A DNA stretch of 37,990 bases from an uncultured Eubacteriales bacterium (GCA_902797405.1 CADBSP010000123.1:1-37990); one strand, 5' to 3'. Shown: positions 1-10,411, counted from the stretch's first letter. Notes: generated by a model from the sequence alone, not told the origin. A program made the numbers and translations.

Positions 1-1478
1 AGGAAATGCGTACCGAACGCGAAGCCTCCCATCACTGCCGAGCAGATCAGAGGCTTGACGAACGTCTTAACCGGGTCGATCTTTACACCGGTGAACTTCT
101 TTACATAGAGATCGTTCAGGAAGAATGATATCGCCTCGGCGATCAAAGTGCCGCACGCGGCGCCTTTGATGTCCACTCCCGGAATGCCGACCAGTATGAA
201 CGTGACGACCACCTTCACAGCCACGCCTATCGCCAGATGCCTGACGGGCAGGTTCTGCCTTCCGATCGCCTGGAGAAGCCCGGTGGACGTCTGAGACATC
301 GCGAGGAGCACTACTCCGGCGGAAAGGATCATGAGCGTCGGGGCTGCAGCGTGGGCTTCATCCGGATGAGACCTGTAGAACATCAGGAGCACCGGTTCAG
401 CCAGCGCCAGGATGCCGAACGCGCAAGGACCCGCCATTATCATTGCCAGCCTGTAGGAAAGCCCTGTGTCCTTGCGTACCGTCTCATGGTCGCCAAGCGC
501 GTAGTTACCGGAGATCGCCGGGACCATGCTGATCTCAACCGCCTGGGTGAACATCATGGGAAGAGCGATTATCGGATTGCAGTAGAGGCTTATGAGCCCG
601 TACATCGCGTTGGAAGCGCCTTCAGACATTCCCATGGCCTGGAGCCTTCTCATGATGATAGCGCTGTCCAGAAGGTTCATGATGGGCAGGAGCTCGGCTC
701 CGATTATGATCGGTATCGCTATGAGGATTATCTTTTTGAGGATCTCGCTCCCCTTCTCCACAGACTGGTCGCCCAGTTCCATGCGCTTGTGGATGGAGCT
801 CCGGCTCAGGAAATAGACGAGCATCATGAAAGCGAGAGCAAACAGCGATCCTGCCGACGCCCCGAACGCGGCACCTGCGGCGGCCTTCGGCGTGCCCTGG
901 GACAGGAGGAACCTGCAAAGGAAGAGACCCACCGCCACCCTGAAGAGCTGCTCCACGATCTCGGAGATGGCCGTGGGCTTCATGTTCTGGCGCCCCTGGA
1001 AATAGCCCCTGAACGAAGAGACTATCGGGACGCACAGAAGGGCCGGGCATGTCGCCATCACTGCGAGGCGCGCGTTCGGATTGCCTATGAAGCCCGTTAT
1101 GGCTCCTCCTCCGAGAAGGCAGACGAGCGCTGTGACGACACCGATGCTCATCATGAGCCCCTGGGAGATGCTGAACACCTTGTGGGCGTTCCTGTATCTC
1201 TTCATGGCTATGTTCTCTGAGACGAGCCTGGAGATCGCTATCGGTATTCCGGCTGTCGAGAGCACAAGAAGCGCTCCGTAGATGGAATACGCGACGCTGT
1301 AATACGAGCCGCCTTCCGCCCCCAGCCAGTTGGTTATCGGTATGCGGAAGAAAGCTCCAATGACCTTTACCAGAAGGCTGGCTGCGCCTATTATGACCGC
1401 ACCTTTCAGTATGCGGCTCCCGCTGGACTCGGTCTTTTCGGGTTTTTCAGTCATTGCTGTTTCTGGATCCTTGTTCAT
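1..1478 (-). CDS. SpoVB/YabM-family polysaccharide biosynthesis protein (MurJ-like MOP flippase), 3' end truncated by the window edge
   Basis: Absent from the ORF track; 5' part translated by hand: MNKDPETAMTEKPEKTESSGSRILKGAVIIGAASLLVKVIGAFFRIPITNWLGAEGGSYYSVAYSIYGALLVLSTAGIPIAISRLVSE, the typical SpoVB/YabM N-terminus. ATG at 1478 overlaps the upstream TGA (ATGA); alternative ATG at 1454. Confidence 0.85.
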   Translation of the reverse strand, partial: MNKDPETAMTEKPEKTESSGSRILKGAVIIGAASLLVKVIGAFFRIPITNWLGAEGGSYYSVAYSIYGALLVLSTAGIPIAISRLVSENIAMKRYRNAHKVFSISQGLMMSIGVVTALVCLLGGGAITGFIGNPNARLAVMATCPALLCVPIVSSFRGYFQGRQNMKPTAISEIVEQLFRVAVGLFLCRFLLSQGTPKAAAGAAFGASAGSLFALAFMMLVYFLSRSSIHKRMELGDQSVEKGSEILKKIILIAIPIIIGAELLPIMNLLDSAIIMRRLQAMGMSEGASNAMYGLISLYCNPIIALPMMFTQAVEISMVPAISGNYALGDHETVRKDTGLSYRLAMIMAGPCAFGILALAEPVLLMFYRSHPDEAHAAAPTLMILSAGVVLLAMSQTSTGLLQAIGRQNLPVRHLAIGVAVKVVVTFILVGIPGVDIKGAACGTLIAEAISFFLNDLYVKKFTGVKIDPVKTFVKPLICSAVMGGFAFGTHF

Positions 1479-2788
1479 AATCTGCTTTTGATGTCCGCCA
1501 CGGCTTTTCCTGCCTCGAAGGCGGCCTTCTCTATATCTATCGTCGTGAATTCTCCGTTATCAAAGAGGATCTTTCCGTCTGCCATTGTGATCGCGATATC
1601 GGCATTGCCGGCAGAGAGCACTATATTGGTCAGGATATCGTGGACGGGGTGCATGTTCGGAGTGTCTGTCCTCAGGAAGACGAGGTCGGCCCGCATCCCT
1701 TCGCGCACGAGTCCGCTGTCGTCCCTGCCCTGGGCAAGCGCGCCGTTCCTGGTCGCCATCATTATCGCTTCAGACGGCGATATGATCGTCGGATCGTTCC
1801 TCCAGGTCTTCGCAAGAAGGCTCATGACCTTCATCTCCTCCAGCATGCTGAGGCTGTTGTTGCTCGCGACGCTGTCCGTTCCCAGAGCCACCCTGATGCC
1901 TTTGTCAAGGAGGGCTTTTACGTCGCAGACCCCGCTCGCGAGCTTCAGATTGCTCATCGTATTTACCGCGACGGTCACGCCTTTCTCTTTAAGTATATCA
2001 TAATCCTCGCCTTCGATGTGGACACAGTGCGCCGCGATAGCCGGAACATCAAAAATGCCGCAGTCCGCCATGTATCTCACCGGGGTCCTACCGCCGTGCC
2101 TTTCCTTGCACTCTCTGTGCTCTGAAGCAGTTTCGGACGCGTGGACGTGCATCCTGATCCCGAGCTCTTTCGTAAGCGCGGCGAGGTGTATAGCGGTATC
2201 CTCGTTCGAGGTGTATTCCGCGTGCAGGCTCGCGTCGATAAGGATACGGCCGTCATATGCCCCGTGATACTTCATCGAGTCCTTCATCTCGCGGACGCTC
2301 ACAAGCTCTTCAAACGGCTGTCCCGCCGGATTAACGAGGGCCCTCGAGACGTTCATCTTTGCTCCGCTGTCCGCAGCTGCCCCGATCATGTCATCGAGGA
2401 AATAATACATGTCGCTCGTCGAAACGATACCGCTCCTCAGCGATTCCGCCATGGCGAGCGTAGTCCCCCAGTATACGGCTTCGCACGTCAGCTTGTCCTC
2501 AAACGGAAAGATGCGGTCGAACAGCCAGTGCTGGAGTGTCATGTTCTCACCGTAACCGCGCATGAGAGTCATCGGAGAGTGCCCGTGGGCATTGAAGAAC
2601 GCGGACATGACAAGCAGGCCCTTCCCGCACCTGATCTCTTCGCCTTCCGTGTCGGCAGGGTCTGCGTCATCAAAGCTGTCCCATATGTTCGCGATGTTTT
2701 TGCCCGAGATCCGGATCGCGGCGTTTTCTTTTACTTTATATTCCTCGTCTCCGCCTCCGGCAAGAATGCTTATGTCCTTAAAAATCAT
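1475..2788 (-). CDS. mtaD: Metal-dependent amidohydrolase, 5'-methylthioadenosine/S-adenosylhomocysteine deaminase type
   Basis: NAHGH metal motif, LHAEY, HVHASET, AHCVH, SNLKLASG, GTDSVASNN. Confidence 0.8.
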   Translation of the reverse strand: MIFKDISILAGGGDEEYKVKENAAIRISGKNIANIWDSFDDADPADTEGEEIRCGKGLLVMSAFFNAHGHSPMTLMRGYGENMTLQHWLFDRIFPFEDKLTCEAVYWGTTLAMAESLRSGIVSTSDMYYFLDDMIGAAADSGAKMNVSRALVNPAGQPFEELVSVREMKDSMKYHGAYDGRILIDASLHAEYTSNEDTAIHLAALTKELGIRMHVHASETASEHRECKERHGGRTPVRYMADCGIFDVPAIAAHCVHIEGEDYDILKEKGVTVAVNTMSNLKLASGVCDVKALLDKGIRVALGTDSVASNNSLSMLEEMKVMSLLAKTWRNDPTIISPSEAIMMATRNGALAQGRDDSGLVREGMRADLVFLRTDTPNMHPVHDILTNIVLSAGNADIAITMADGKILFDNGEFTTIDIEKAAFEAGKAVADIKSRL

Positions 2789-2812
2789 AGTGCTTTCTCC
2801 TTAACATCCATT

Positions 2813-5800
2813 TCAGTTCTTTGGCCTGCCTTCTTCGAGAAGCTCCAGGAGCTCCATCGACTTGTCGAGCCTGTCGGACTTAGCCGCCAGGAGCCGGATA
2901 TACGGTTCCCGGCCGTCATGGAACATGAAGGCTCCTCCGAACCTGTCTCTCAGATTCATCAGCATGTACGGATTAAGTATATTCCCTTTGTCAAAAGAAT
3001 AATACACGTGGTCCGCTCTTTCGTATATCCTGGTCACCCCGAGCTTCTGCGCGAGAGTCCTGATATACGACACTTTGATCAGCGCGAGGGTCTCTTTCGG
3101 AAGGTCTCCGAACCTGTCGAGCAGTTCGTCGATAACGTCTTCCATCTCTTCCCTGCTGCCGATCCCGGCAATGCGCTTGTAGGCATTGAGCTTCAGGTTC
3201 TCACTGTCTATATACAACGAAGGTATGTTGGCGTTAACATTGAGTTCAACGGTCATGTCCTCGACCGGTTCGGGGACCGCCTCGCCCTTTGCCCGTCTGA
3301 CTGCGTCGTCCACGAGTTTGCAATAGAGCTCGTATCCGATATCCATCATATGGCCGCTCTGCTCGGCGCCGAGGATGTTCCCCGCACCCCTGATCTCCAT
3401 GTCTCGCATGGCGATCTTGAAGCCTGCGCCGAACTCGGTGAACTCCCTGATCGCGCGGAGCCTCTTCTCCGCGATCTCGGTAAGCACCTTTTCTTTTTGA
3501 TACATGAGATAGGCGTAGGCCATCCTGCGCGACCTTCCGACTCGTCCGCGGAGCTGATACAGCTGCGACAGGCCGCATTTGTCCGCGTCCAGGACGATCA
3601 AAGTGTTCGCGTTCGGTATGTCGAGACCGGATTCTATGATGGTGGTCGCGACCAGCACGTCGACCTCGCCGGTATAGAACTTCCGCATAACTTCTTCGAG
3701 CGTCCGCTCGCTCATCTGGCCGTGGCCGACAGCGACCCTGGCTTCCGGTATGAGTTCTTTTATCTTGTCGGCTATCCGCGCGATACCTCTTACGCGGTTA
3801 TAGACGACGAATACCTGTCCGTTCCTGTCGAGTTCCCTCGCGATGACCTCTCGTATAGTCATATCATCCTGGGGCACCACGTAAGTCTGCACCGGATAGC
3901 GGTCTTCAGGAGGTTCGGTGATTAGGCTCATGTCTTTGATCCCGGTCAGGGACATGTTCAGCGTTCTCGGGATCGGTGTCGCAGAGAGAGTCAGAACGTC
4001 GACGCCTATCTTCATCTCCTTGATCCGTTCCTTATGGGCGACCCCGAAGCGCTGCTCCTCGTCGATCACCAGGAGCCCTAGGTCTTTGAACTCTACGTCC
4101 TTTGAAAGGAGCCTGTGCGTTCCGATCACCAAATCGACCATACCGGTCTTGAGATCCTTTACGACCTGCTCCTGATCTTTCTCCGAGCGGAACCTGGACA
4201 TCATCTCGACTATAAAGGGGTAATCGGCAAATCTCGCCTTCAGCGTTTCATAGTGCTGGTTGGCCAGTATCGTGGTCGGAACCAGGACGGCTGCCTGCCT
4301 TCCTTCTGCCAGGCATTTGAAGATCGCGCGGGCCGCAACTTCGGTCTTTCCGTATCCGACGTCGCCGCAGAGGAGCCTGTCCATAGGTTCGGGCTTCTCC
4401 ATGTCTTCCTTTATCTCCCGGGCTGCTTTCAGCTGGTCGTCGGTCTCCTCATAGGGGAAAGCTTCCTCAAAGTCCTGCTGCCATACGGTATCCGGAGCAA
4501 AGGCGTAGCCCTGCGCAGCGCGGCGCCTGCCGTACAGCTGCACCAGTTCATCGGCCATCGAGGCAACAGCGGCTTTTGCGCGGGCCTTGGTGTTTTTCCA
4601 GTCGTCCCCCGAAAGCTTGTTGATCTTCGGCGCGACTCCTTCGGATCCGACGTATTTCTGGACTATGTCCATCTGGGAGACCGGTACGTAGAGGAGGTCG
4701 CCGCCGGCATATTTGATCTTTATGTAGTCTTTTTGCTCGCCCTGGGTGGTGAGCTGCTCTATGCCGAGGAATCTGCCGATACCGTGGTTTTCGTGGACGA
4801 CGAAGTCGCCCTGCTCGAGTTCGGCGAAATTGCTGAGCTTCCTGCCGCTGCGGCTCCTCCTTCTGCTTTTCTCCCTGCGATGCCCGAATATGTCCTCATC
4901 GCTTATGTAGACCGTCTTCTCCGCGGGGAACACCATTCCGGAAGAAAGGGCGCCGGGCAGCAGGTATACCCTTCCCTTCTCCATCAAAGACTCTTCCGTG
5001 AATGCCGGAAGGTCTACGGGGTATATGCCCTCGCGCTCAAGCATCTCCCTTATGCCCGCTCTCCTGTCTTCGCCCCCGCAGGCGATCGCTACGCGATAGC
5101 CGCTTCCGGTGAAGCCTTTGATCTCGCGGACCGCCATATCGACGTGTCCCGAGAAAGACGCCATCTGCCTGGAGTCGCTCGAGATGAGCTCAGCCGCTTC
5201 CGATACGCCTTCGAGCTGCTTGGCAAAGGGCTGGATCAGCAAAGTCTCCCGTTCCTCATAAAGGTCCAGGATATCCTGCCTGTCCATTATCAGCGCTTCG
5301 TCTTCCGGGACCGCCTGGCCTCTTTCCAGCATGGTGAGGAGGTCCTGTTTCTGCTCCTCCGCGACCAGGCCGACATGTTCCAGGATCCTGTCCGGATCGT
5401 CAAGCACTATCATTCCCCCGGGCATATAGTCCCATATGCGGCCGGGTCTCTCGTAGAAATAGTGAGTCATATCGGAGAAGACGCTGAGGTCGGTCTTTTC
5501 TTCCAGAGCGTCGAGCAAAAATGCCTCTCTGTCCCTCAGTCTCTCCACCTCAGCGGATCCCTCTCCCAGGGATCCCCCGAGTATCTTCTGCTGCCTCTCA
5601 AAGCAGCGTTTCACCGTATCGATCGCTCTCGCGACGGCTTCAGTATCCGCCGCAGCCCGTTCTCTCGGATATACGGTCAGTTCATCTATGTTCTCTATGC
5701 TGCGCTGGCTCTCAGCGTCAAAGGTCCTTACTGAATCGACCTCGTCGCCGAAGAACTCCACCCTGCATGGATCCGGGCTCTCGGGAACAAAAACGTCAGC

Positions 5801-6268
5801 CACTCCGCCCCTCATGGCGAACTGGCCTGGTATCATTACCTGTTCGACTCTCTCGAACCCGAAGAGGATAAGCCTGTCCCTGAGCTCTGCAGGCTCAAGC
5901 TCTGTTCCCGGACGGATCACGAGTTCCTGCCCCGAGCCCGCGGACGCGGGAGGCATCTTTTTCAGGGCTGCGCCTACCGGTGCGATTATTATGGCTTCCG
6001 GGTCCTCGTTCAGCAGCTTGACCGCCCTTGCGCGCTCCAGGTTCTGATCCCTGTTCCTGGTCTCATAGCTGAAGAGGCGCTCGTCCTCACCGCCAAGAAG
6101 CACTATATTCCGGGCAGTAAAAAAAGAAAGATCCCCCATGAGTCTCTCGGCTCTTGCCTGCCCCGGAACTATCACGAGGCATTGGCGATCATTCTTTAGT
6201 CTTCGGGCTATCATGCGGGCCGAGCGGCTGTCGCTCACCCCTGTGATCACTGTGGTCCTTTTGCTCAT
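2813..6268 (-). CDS. mfd: Transcription-repair coupling factor
   Basis: UvrB-like N-terminus, VVHENHGIG domain, GDVGYGKTEVA Walker A, DEEQRFG, QLRGRVGRS, TRG motif; follows pth. Confidence 0.97.
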   Translation of the reverse strand: MSKRTTVITGVSDSRSARMIARRLKNDRQCLVIVPGQARAERLMGDLSFFTARNIVLLGGEDERLFSYETRNRDQNLERARAVKLLNEDPEAIIIAPVGAALKKMPPASAGSGQELVIRPGTELEPAELRDRLILFGFERVEQVMIPGQFAMRGGVADVFVPESPDPCRVEFFGDEVDSVRTFDAESQRSIENIDELTVYPRERAAADTEAVARAIDTVKRCFERQQKILGGSLGEGSAEVERLRDREAFLLDALEEKTDLSVFSDMTHYFYERPGRIWDYMPGGMIVLDDPDRILEHVGLVAEEQKQDLLTMLERGQAVPEDEALIMDRQDILDLYEERETLLIQPFAKQLEGVSEAAELISSDSRQMASFSGHVDMAVREIKGFTGSGYRVAIACGGEDRRAGIREMLEREGIYPVDLPAFTEESLMEKGRVYLLPGALSSGMVFPAEKTVYISDEDIFGHRREKSRRRSRSGRKLSNFAELEQGDFVVHENHGIGRFLGIEQLTTQGEQKDYIKIKYAGGDLLYVPVSQMDIVQKYVGSEGVAPKINKLSGDDWKNTKARAKAAVASMADELVQLYGRRRAAQGYAFAPDTVWQQDFEEAFPYEETDDQLKAAREIKEDMEKPEPMDRLLCGDVGYGKTEVAARAIFKCLAEGRQAAVLVPTTILANQHYETLKARFADYPFIVEMMSRFRSEKDQEQVVKDLKTGMVDLVIGTHRLLSKDVEFKDLGLLVIDEEQRFGVAHKERIKEMKIGVDVLTLSATPIPRTLNMSLTGIKDMSLITEPPEDRYPVQTYVVPQDDMTIREVIARELDRNGQVFVVYNRVRGIARIADKIKELIPEARVAVGHGQMSERTLEEVMRKFYTGEVDVLVATTIIESGLDIPNANTLIVLDADKCGLSQLYQLRGRVGRSRRMAYAYLMYQKEKVLTEIAEKRLRAIREFTEFGAGFKIAMRDMEIRGAGNILGAEQSGHMMDIGYELYCKLVDDAVRRAKGEAVPEPVEDMTVELNVNANIPSLYIDSENLKLNAYKRIAGIGSREEMEDVIDELLDRFGDLPKETLALIKVSYIRTLAQKLGVTRIYERADHVYYSFDKGNILNPYMLMNLRDRFGGAFMFHDGREPYIRLLAAKSDRLDKSMELLELLEEGRPKN

Positions 6269-6853
6269 CTACTTCACGGCCGTTCCGTGATCCTTCTTCG
6301 TGTTGTATCTGTTCATCGCGATGTCGATCCCGTCTTTCACATACGCCAGGATCGCGTCGCAAGCGCTGTCGACCGCGCTCTCAAGGAGAGGCACTTCATC
6401 GGGGCTGAATCCCCCTGTCACGTAGTTGATAAGGTCCCTGTTCTCCGGGCTCCCTATACCAATCCTGATCCTCGGGAAATCGTCGAATCCGAGCTGATAT
6501 ATGCAGGACCGCATCCCGTTGTGGGTCCCGGCGCTCCCGGACGCCCTGATTCTCAGGTTCCCGACCGGAATATCTATATCGTCGTACACGATCAAAAGGT
6601 TCTCGTGCGGGACCTTGAAGAACGAGGCAGCTTCCCTGACGGACTCGCCGCTGTTGTTCATATAGGTCTGAGGCTTCAGGAAGACCACGCGCTCTCCGTC
6701 GATGCGGGTCTCCCCGACCAGCCCTTTAAACCTTATTTTTTCCATAGAGAAACCCACCCTGTCAGAAAGCCTGTCCAGGGTGATGAATCCCATATTATGT
6801 CTCGTATTCCGGTATCTGGCCCCGGGGTTGCCGAGGCCTGCTATCAAATACAT
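6269..6853 (-). CDS. pth: Peptidyl-tRNA hydrolase
   Basis: GLGNPG..Y..TRHNMG, KPQTYMNNSG, GSAGTHNG motifs. Confidence 0.97.
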   Translation of the reverse strand: MYLIAGLGNPGARYRNTRHNMGFITLDRLSDRVGFSMEKIRFKGLVGETRIDGERVVFLKPQTYMNNSGESVREAASFFKVPHENLLIVYDDIDIPVGNLRIRASGSAGTHNGMRSCIYQLGFDDFPRIRIGIGSPENRDLINYVTGGFSPDEVPLLESAVDSACDAILAYVKDGIDIAMNRYNTKKDHGTAVK

Positions 6854-6880
6854 GTTTTGTTCAGATGCTCCTTTAATGGA

Positions 6881-7840
6881 CTATCTCTCCGTATCGAAGA
6901 GTTTGCTTATCGATCCGTTGGTGAACACCCTGGTCATGGCTTCCGCGAAGAGCGGCGCTACTGAGAGGAAGGTCATCTTCTCGATCTTCTTCTCTTCCGG
7001 CATCGGGATGGTATTAAGGAGGACCAGTTCCGAGATGGCGGATTTATCTATGCGCTCGATCGCGGGGCCGGAAAGTACCGGGTGGGTCGCGGCGGCGTAA
7101 ACATTGCGGGCGCCCATGTCTTTGATCGCGTTAGCGGCGTTGGTTATGGTCCCGGCGGTGTCGATCATGTCATCGATGATGATGCAGTTCTTGTCCTTGA
7201 TATCGCCGATGATGTTCATGATCTCGCTCTTGTTCGGCTCGGGACGTCTCTTGTCGACGATGGCTATCGGGCAGTTGAGGAACTCAGCCATGTTTCTGGC
7301 TCTCGTCACGCTGCCGTGGTCAGGAGATACCACGCAGACGTCTTCCAGGTCTCTTTCCTTGAAGTATCTCGCGAGGATCGGCATTCCGACGAGGTGGTCC
7401 ACCGGGATATCAAAGTATCCCTGGATCTGGTTGGCGTGGAGGTCCATCGTTACCACACGGTCGGCTCCGGCGGCCATGATGATGTTGGCGACCAGCTTTG
7501 CGGTGATTGGATCCCTCGCCTTGGCTTTCCTGTCCTGTCTGGCATATCCGTAATAAGGTATAACAGCGTTGATCCTTCCGGCGGAAGCTCTCTTCATGGC
7601 GTCGATCATTATGAGGAGCTCCATAAGATTATCGTTTACCGGATCACAGGTCGGCTGGACGATGTATACGTCTATTCCCCTGACCGTTTCCCAGAGGCTG
7701 ACCGAGATCTCACCGTCGCTGAATTTGCTTACCGTCGACCTTCCGAGGGGCTTGCCCATTATCGACGCGATCTCCTCCGCGAGTTCCGGATGAGCATTGC
7801 CGGTAAACACTTTGTAATCCGTAAAGACGCCGTTTTTCAT
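6881..7840 (-). CDS. prs: Ribose-phosphate pyrophosphokinase
   Basis: [34 protein letters not shown]-binding motif. Confidence 0.97.
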   Translation of the reverse strand: MKNGVFTDYKVFTGNAHPELAEEIASIMGKPLGRSTVSKFSDGEISVSLWETVRGIDVYIVQPTCDPVNDNLMELLIMIDAMKRASAGRINAVIPYYGYARQDRKAKARDPITAKLVANIIMAAGADRVVTMDLHANQIQGYFDIPVDHLVGMPILARYFKERDLEDVCVVSPDHGSVTRARNMAEFLNCPIAIVDKRRPEPNKSEIMNIIGDIKDKNCIIIDDMIDTAGTITNAANAIKDMGARNVYAAATHPVLSGPAIERIDKSAISELVLLNTIPMPEEKKIEKMTFLSVAPLFAEAMTRVFTNGSISKLFDTER

Positions 7841-7865
7841 TACTTCTCCTCCTTAATCCGTAAAC

Positions 7866-9233
7866 TTACAGCATCATCTGTCCGGCTTTGTAGATATCGC
7901 CGGCACCCATGGTTATGACCAGATCCCCTTCTTCTGCTTCGTCCCAGACCTTGGAGGCAATGTCGCCAAGCTCTTTGATGTAATAGATCTCCTTATCGGG
8001 ATGGTTCTCTTTTATCTTCTGCGCCAGGGCTTCGCTCGACACATTGTAGATATCCTTCTCGCGCGCCGCGTAGATGTCCGTGAGCACGAGCACGTCAGCC
8101 TTATCAAAAGCGTCCGCGAACTCATCGAACAAAGCGAGCGTCCTGGTATAAGTATGAGGCTGGAACAGGCACCAGATGCGCTTGTGCGGGAGCTTCTCGG
8201 CAGCGGAGAGCGTCGCCTTTATCTCTGTGGGATGGTGGGCGTAGTCGTCGACCAGGAGGACTCCCTTGGCAGTCTTCCCGATTATATCGAATCTTCTCTT
8301 GGTGCCGGTGTATTCTCCGAGGATCCTGATGATCTTCTCCGGTTCAACTCCGAGCTGGTGGCAGCACGCGAAAGCAGCAGCCGCGTTCAGGATATTGTGC
8401 TCGCCCGGGACTGAAAGCTCCAGCCTGCCGAGATCCTCGCCCTTATATGACAGGCAGAAGTTCGGCATCCCGTCGTTCCCGAAATGGACGTCGGAAATGG
8501 AATACGTGCAGTTGGCGTTGTATCCGTACGTGATGGCTCCGGGGAGGTCGCGGATGATGCGGTTGACGAACGGATTGGCGTCGTAAGCTATTATCTTGCC
8601 TCCCGGGCGCACGTTTCCGGTGAAGCGGTCAAAGGAGCTGACGATGTGCTCTATGTCCTTGAAATAATCAAGATGATCGGAATCGATGTTCAGGATGATC
8701 TCTATCATCGGCCTGAGCTCAAGGAAGCTGTCCCTGTACTCGCAAGCTTCAGACACGAAGAACGGACCCTTGCCGACCTTGTAATTGCCGTGGATCTCGG
8801 CAAGATCCCCTCCAACCAGAATAGTGGGATCGAGGCCTGCGTATTCAAGGACCAGAGAGATCATGGAAGTTGTGGTCGTCTTTCCGTGAGTGCCGCTGAT
8901 AGCTATGCTGTTCGGATACTCATCCATGAGGAGGCCGAGTATCTCCGCCCTGGAAGCGAGAGGGATGCCCCTCTCCTTAGCGGCTTTGAATTCCGGGTTT
9001 TCTTCGGCGATCGCGGCGGAATATATGACGAGTTCGGCATCGGCGACATTTGCGGCGTCATGGCCTATCGAGATCCTGGCGCCGTTCGCTGCGAGTCTCT
9101 CGGTAATGTCAGAGTTTTTCATGTCCGAGCCGCTGACAGAATAACCCCTGTCAAGAAGGATCTCCGCTATTCCGGAAAGGCCGATACCGCCTATTCCTAT
9201 GCAGTGGACCCGTTTATAATCTGAAAGATTCAT
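7866..9233 (-). CDS. murC: UDP-N-acetylmuramate--L-alanine ligase
   Basis: IGIGGIGLS, GTHGKTTTT, DDYAHHPTE, FQPHTY, MGAGD motifs. Confidence 0.96.
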   Translation of the reverse strand: MNLSDYKRVHCIGIGGIGLSGIAEILLDRGYSVSGSDMKNSDITERLAANGARISIGHDAANVADAELVIYSAAIAEENPEFKAAKERGIPLASRAEILGLLMDEYPNSIAISGTHGKTTTTSMISLVLEYAGLDPTILVGGDLAEIHGNYKVGKGPFFVSEACEYRDSFLELRPMIEIILNIDSDHLDYFKDIEHIVSSFDRFTGNVRPGGKIIAYDANPFVNRIIRDLPGAITYGYNANCTYSISDVHFGNDGMPNFCLSYKGEDLGRLELSVPGEHNILNAAAAFACCHQLGVEPEKIIRILGEYTGTKRRFDIIGKTAKGVLLVDDYAHHPTEIKATLSAAEKLPHKRIWCLFQPHTYTRTLALFDEFADAFDKADVLVLTDIYAAREKDIYNVSSEALAQKIKENHPDKEIYYIKELGDIASKVWDEAEEGDLVITMGAGDIYKAGQMML

Positions 9234-9266
9234 ATATGCTTACCCTCCAAAGAGTATTACCGTGTA

Positions 9267-9275
9267 ATTATATCA
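9267..9275 (-). promoter_or_regulatory. Extended -10 element upstream of murC
   Basis: Minus strand reads TGATATAAT about 33 nt upstream of the murC ATG; no convincing -35. Confidence 0.5.
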
Positions 9276-9411
9276 TATTAAATGCACTTTGTATCACTTT
9301 AACGGTTTTTTAATCTGATACAGCCCCAATATGTTATCCATACGCGCGGCTCATACTGTCAGAAGCACGTTTCCAACATTGTGTTATTGTAATTTTTTTA
9401 TTATCTATATG

Positions 9412-9440
9412 TTGCGTCTACAAATAAAAAGGAGTATACT
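9412..9440 (+). promoter_or_regulatory. Sigma-A-type promoter for spoVG
   Basis: TTGCGT-17 nt-TATACT. Confidence 0.6.
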
Positions 9441-9481
9441 GTCTTAGGCGAAAGCCGAGTATTATTGGGAAGGTAGGAAAA

Positions 9482-9760
9482 ATGGAGATCACAGACGTTC
9501 GTATTCGCCTTATTGGCGAACAGGAGAAGATGAAGGCAGTTGCCTCCGTAACATTCGATGATGAATTCGTGGTTCACGATGTTAAGATCATAGACGGAGC
9601 AAGTGGAATGTTCGTGGCCATGCCCAGCCGCAGGATCGCGCCGGGCGAATACCGCGACATCGCCCACCCGCTCGACTCGAACATGCGCAGCAGGATCCAG
9701 ACCGCAGTACTCGACGCATATGAGAAGGTACTCGCGGAAGGATCCGGAGAGATAGAATAA
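9482..9760 (+). CDS. spoVG: Septation regulator / nucleic-acid-binding protein SpoVG
   Basis: MEITDVRIR...KAVASVTFDDEFVVHDVKII...FVAMPSRR...YRDIAHP is the SpoVG signature. Confidence 0.95.
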   Translation: MEITDVRIRLIGEQEKMKAVASVTFDDEFVVHDVKIIDGASGMFVAMPSRRIAPGEYRDIAHPLDSNMRSRIQTAVLDAYEKVLAEGSGEIE

Positions 9761-9800
9761 CAGCCTAAAGTTCACTTTAAAGACAGGAGACCCAAGCATC

Positions 9801-10007
9801 ATGGATAAGACTTCACCGGAATATGTGGTCTGCCTCTGCCGCAAGACAACACGCAGACAGGTCGAAGAAGCAATTGAGAAGACCGGAGCAAGAACACTGA
9901 AAGACCTCTGTGAGAAAGCTAATATCGGAGACAAATGCGGCGGCTGCCGTGAAGATCTGGATATGATCCTCAGAGAGTATTACGAAAACAAAGAGAGCGC
10001 TTTATAA
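9801..10007 (+). CDS. BFD-like [2Fe-2S]-binding protein
   Basis: 68 aa, VCLC...CGGC spacing; SD AGGAG upstream. Confidence 0.8.
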   Translation: MDKTSPEYVVCLCRKTTRRQVEEAIEKTGARTLKDLCEKANIGDKCGGCREDLDMILREYYENKESAL

Positions 10008-10017
10008 GCGCTCTTTT
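9994..10017 (+). terminator. Probable intrinsic terminator overlapping the BFD-gene stop codon
   Basis: AGAGCGCTT-tat-AAGCGCTCT followed by a T-rich tract. Confidence 0.5.
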
Positions 10018-10047
10018 GCTTTGCATGGCATTTGATCAAAGACAATG

Positions 10048-10077
10048 AAAAGACCGGCCGTTCCCGACCGGTCTTTT
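10048..10077. terminator. Bidirectional intrinsic terminator between the convergent BFD gene and tRNA cluster
   Basis: AAAAGACCGG...CCGGTCTTTT hairpin with A and T tracts on its flanks. Confidence 0.75.
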
Positions 10078-10079
10078 AT

Positions 10080-10154
10080 TGGCTAGGGTAGCAGGATTCG
10101 AACCTGCGAGTGACGGAATCAGAATCCGTTGCCTTACCGCTTGGCGATACCCCA
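10080..10154 (-). tRNA. tRNA-Gln (anticodon CTG)
   Basis: TGGGGTATCGCCAAGCGGTAAGGCAACGGATT-CTG-ATTCCGT...GGTTCGAATCC...GCCA; cloverleaf with encoded CCA. Confidence 0.95.
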
Positions 10155-10159
10155 GCGTT

Positions 10160-10234
10160 TGGAGGCGACACCCGGATTTGAACCGGGGAATAAAGGTTTT
10201 GCAGACCGTTGCCTTACCACTTGGCCATGTCGCC
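10160..10234 (-). tRNA. tRNA-Cys (anticodon GCA)
   Basis: GGCGACATGGCCAAGTGGTAAGGC...CT-GCA-AA...GGTTCAAATCC...TCCA; one C:U mismatch in the anticodon stem. Confidence 0.93.
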
Positions 10235-10239
10235 GGATA

Positions 10240-10316
10240 TGGGGTGGGTAGTGGGATTCGAACCCACGCATACAGGAGCCACAACCCTGGGTCTTAACCG
10301 CTTGACGATACCCACC
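10240..10316 (-). tRNA. tRNA-His (anticodon GTG)
   Basis: G(-1)GTGGGTA...TT-GTG-GC...GGTTCGAATCCC...CCCA, with the G-1:C73 identity pair. Confidence 0.95.
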
Positions 10317-10334
10317 ACAATCGCTGATAAAAAT

Positions 10335-10411
10335 TGGCGACCTGGAACGGGCTCGAACCGTCGACCTCCAGCGTGACAGGCTGGCATTCTAACCAACTGA
10401 ACTACCAGGCC
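10335..10411 (-). tRNA. tRNA-Asp (anticodon GTC)
   Basis: GGCCTGGTAGTTCAGTTGGTTAGAATGCCAGCCT-GTC-ACGCTGG...GGTTCGAGCCC...GCCA. Confidence 0.96.

Noticed and set aside
237..9224. Long + strand ORFs (237-1220, 2141-3925, 4115-5734, 6287-6964, 7082-7918, 8484-9224 and others)
   Set aside because: Antisense shadows of well-supported minus-strand genes in GC-rich DNA; no recognisable motifs.
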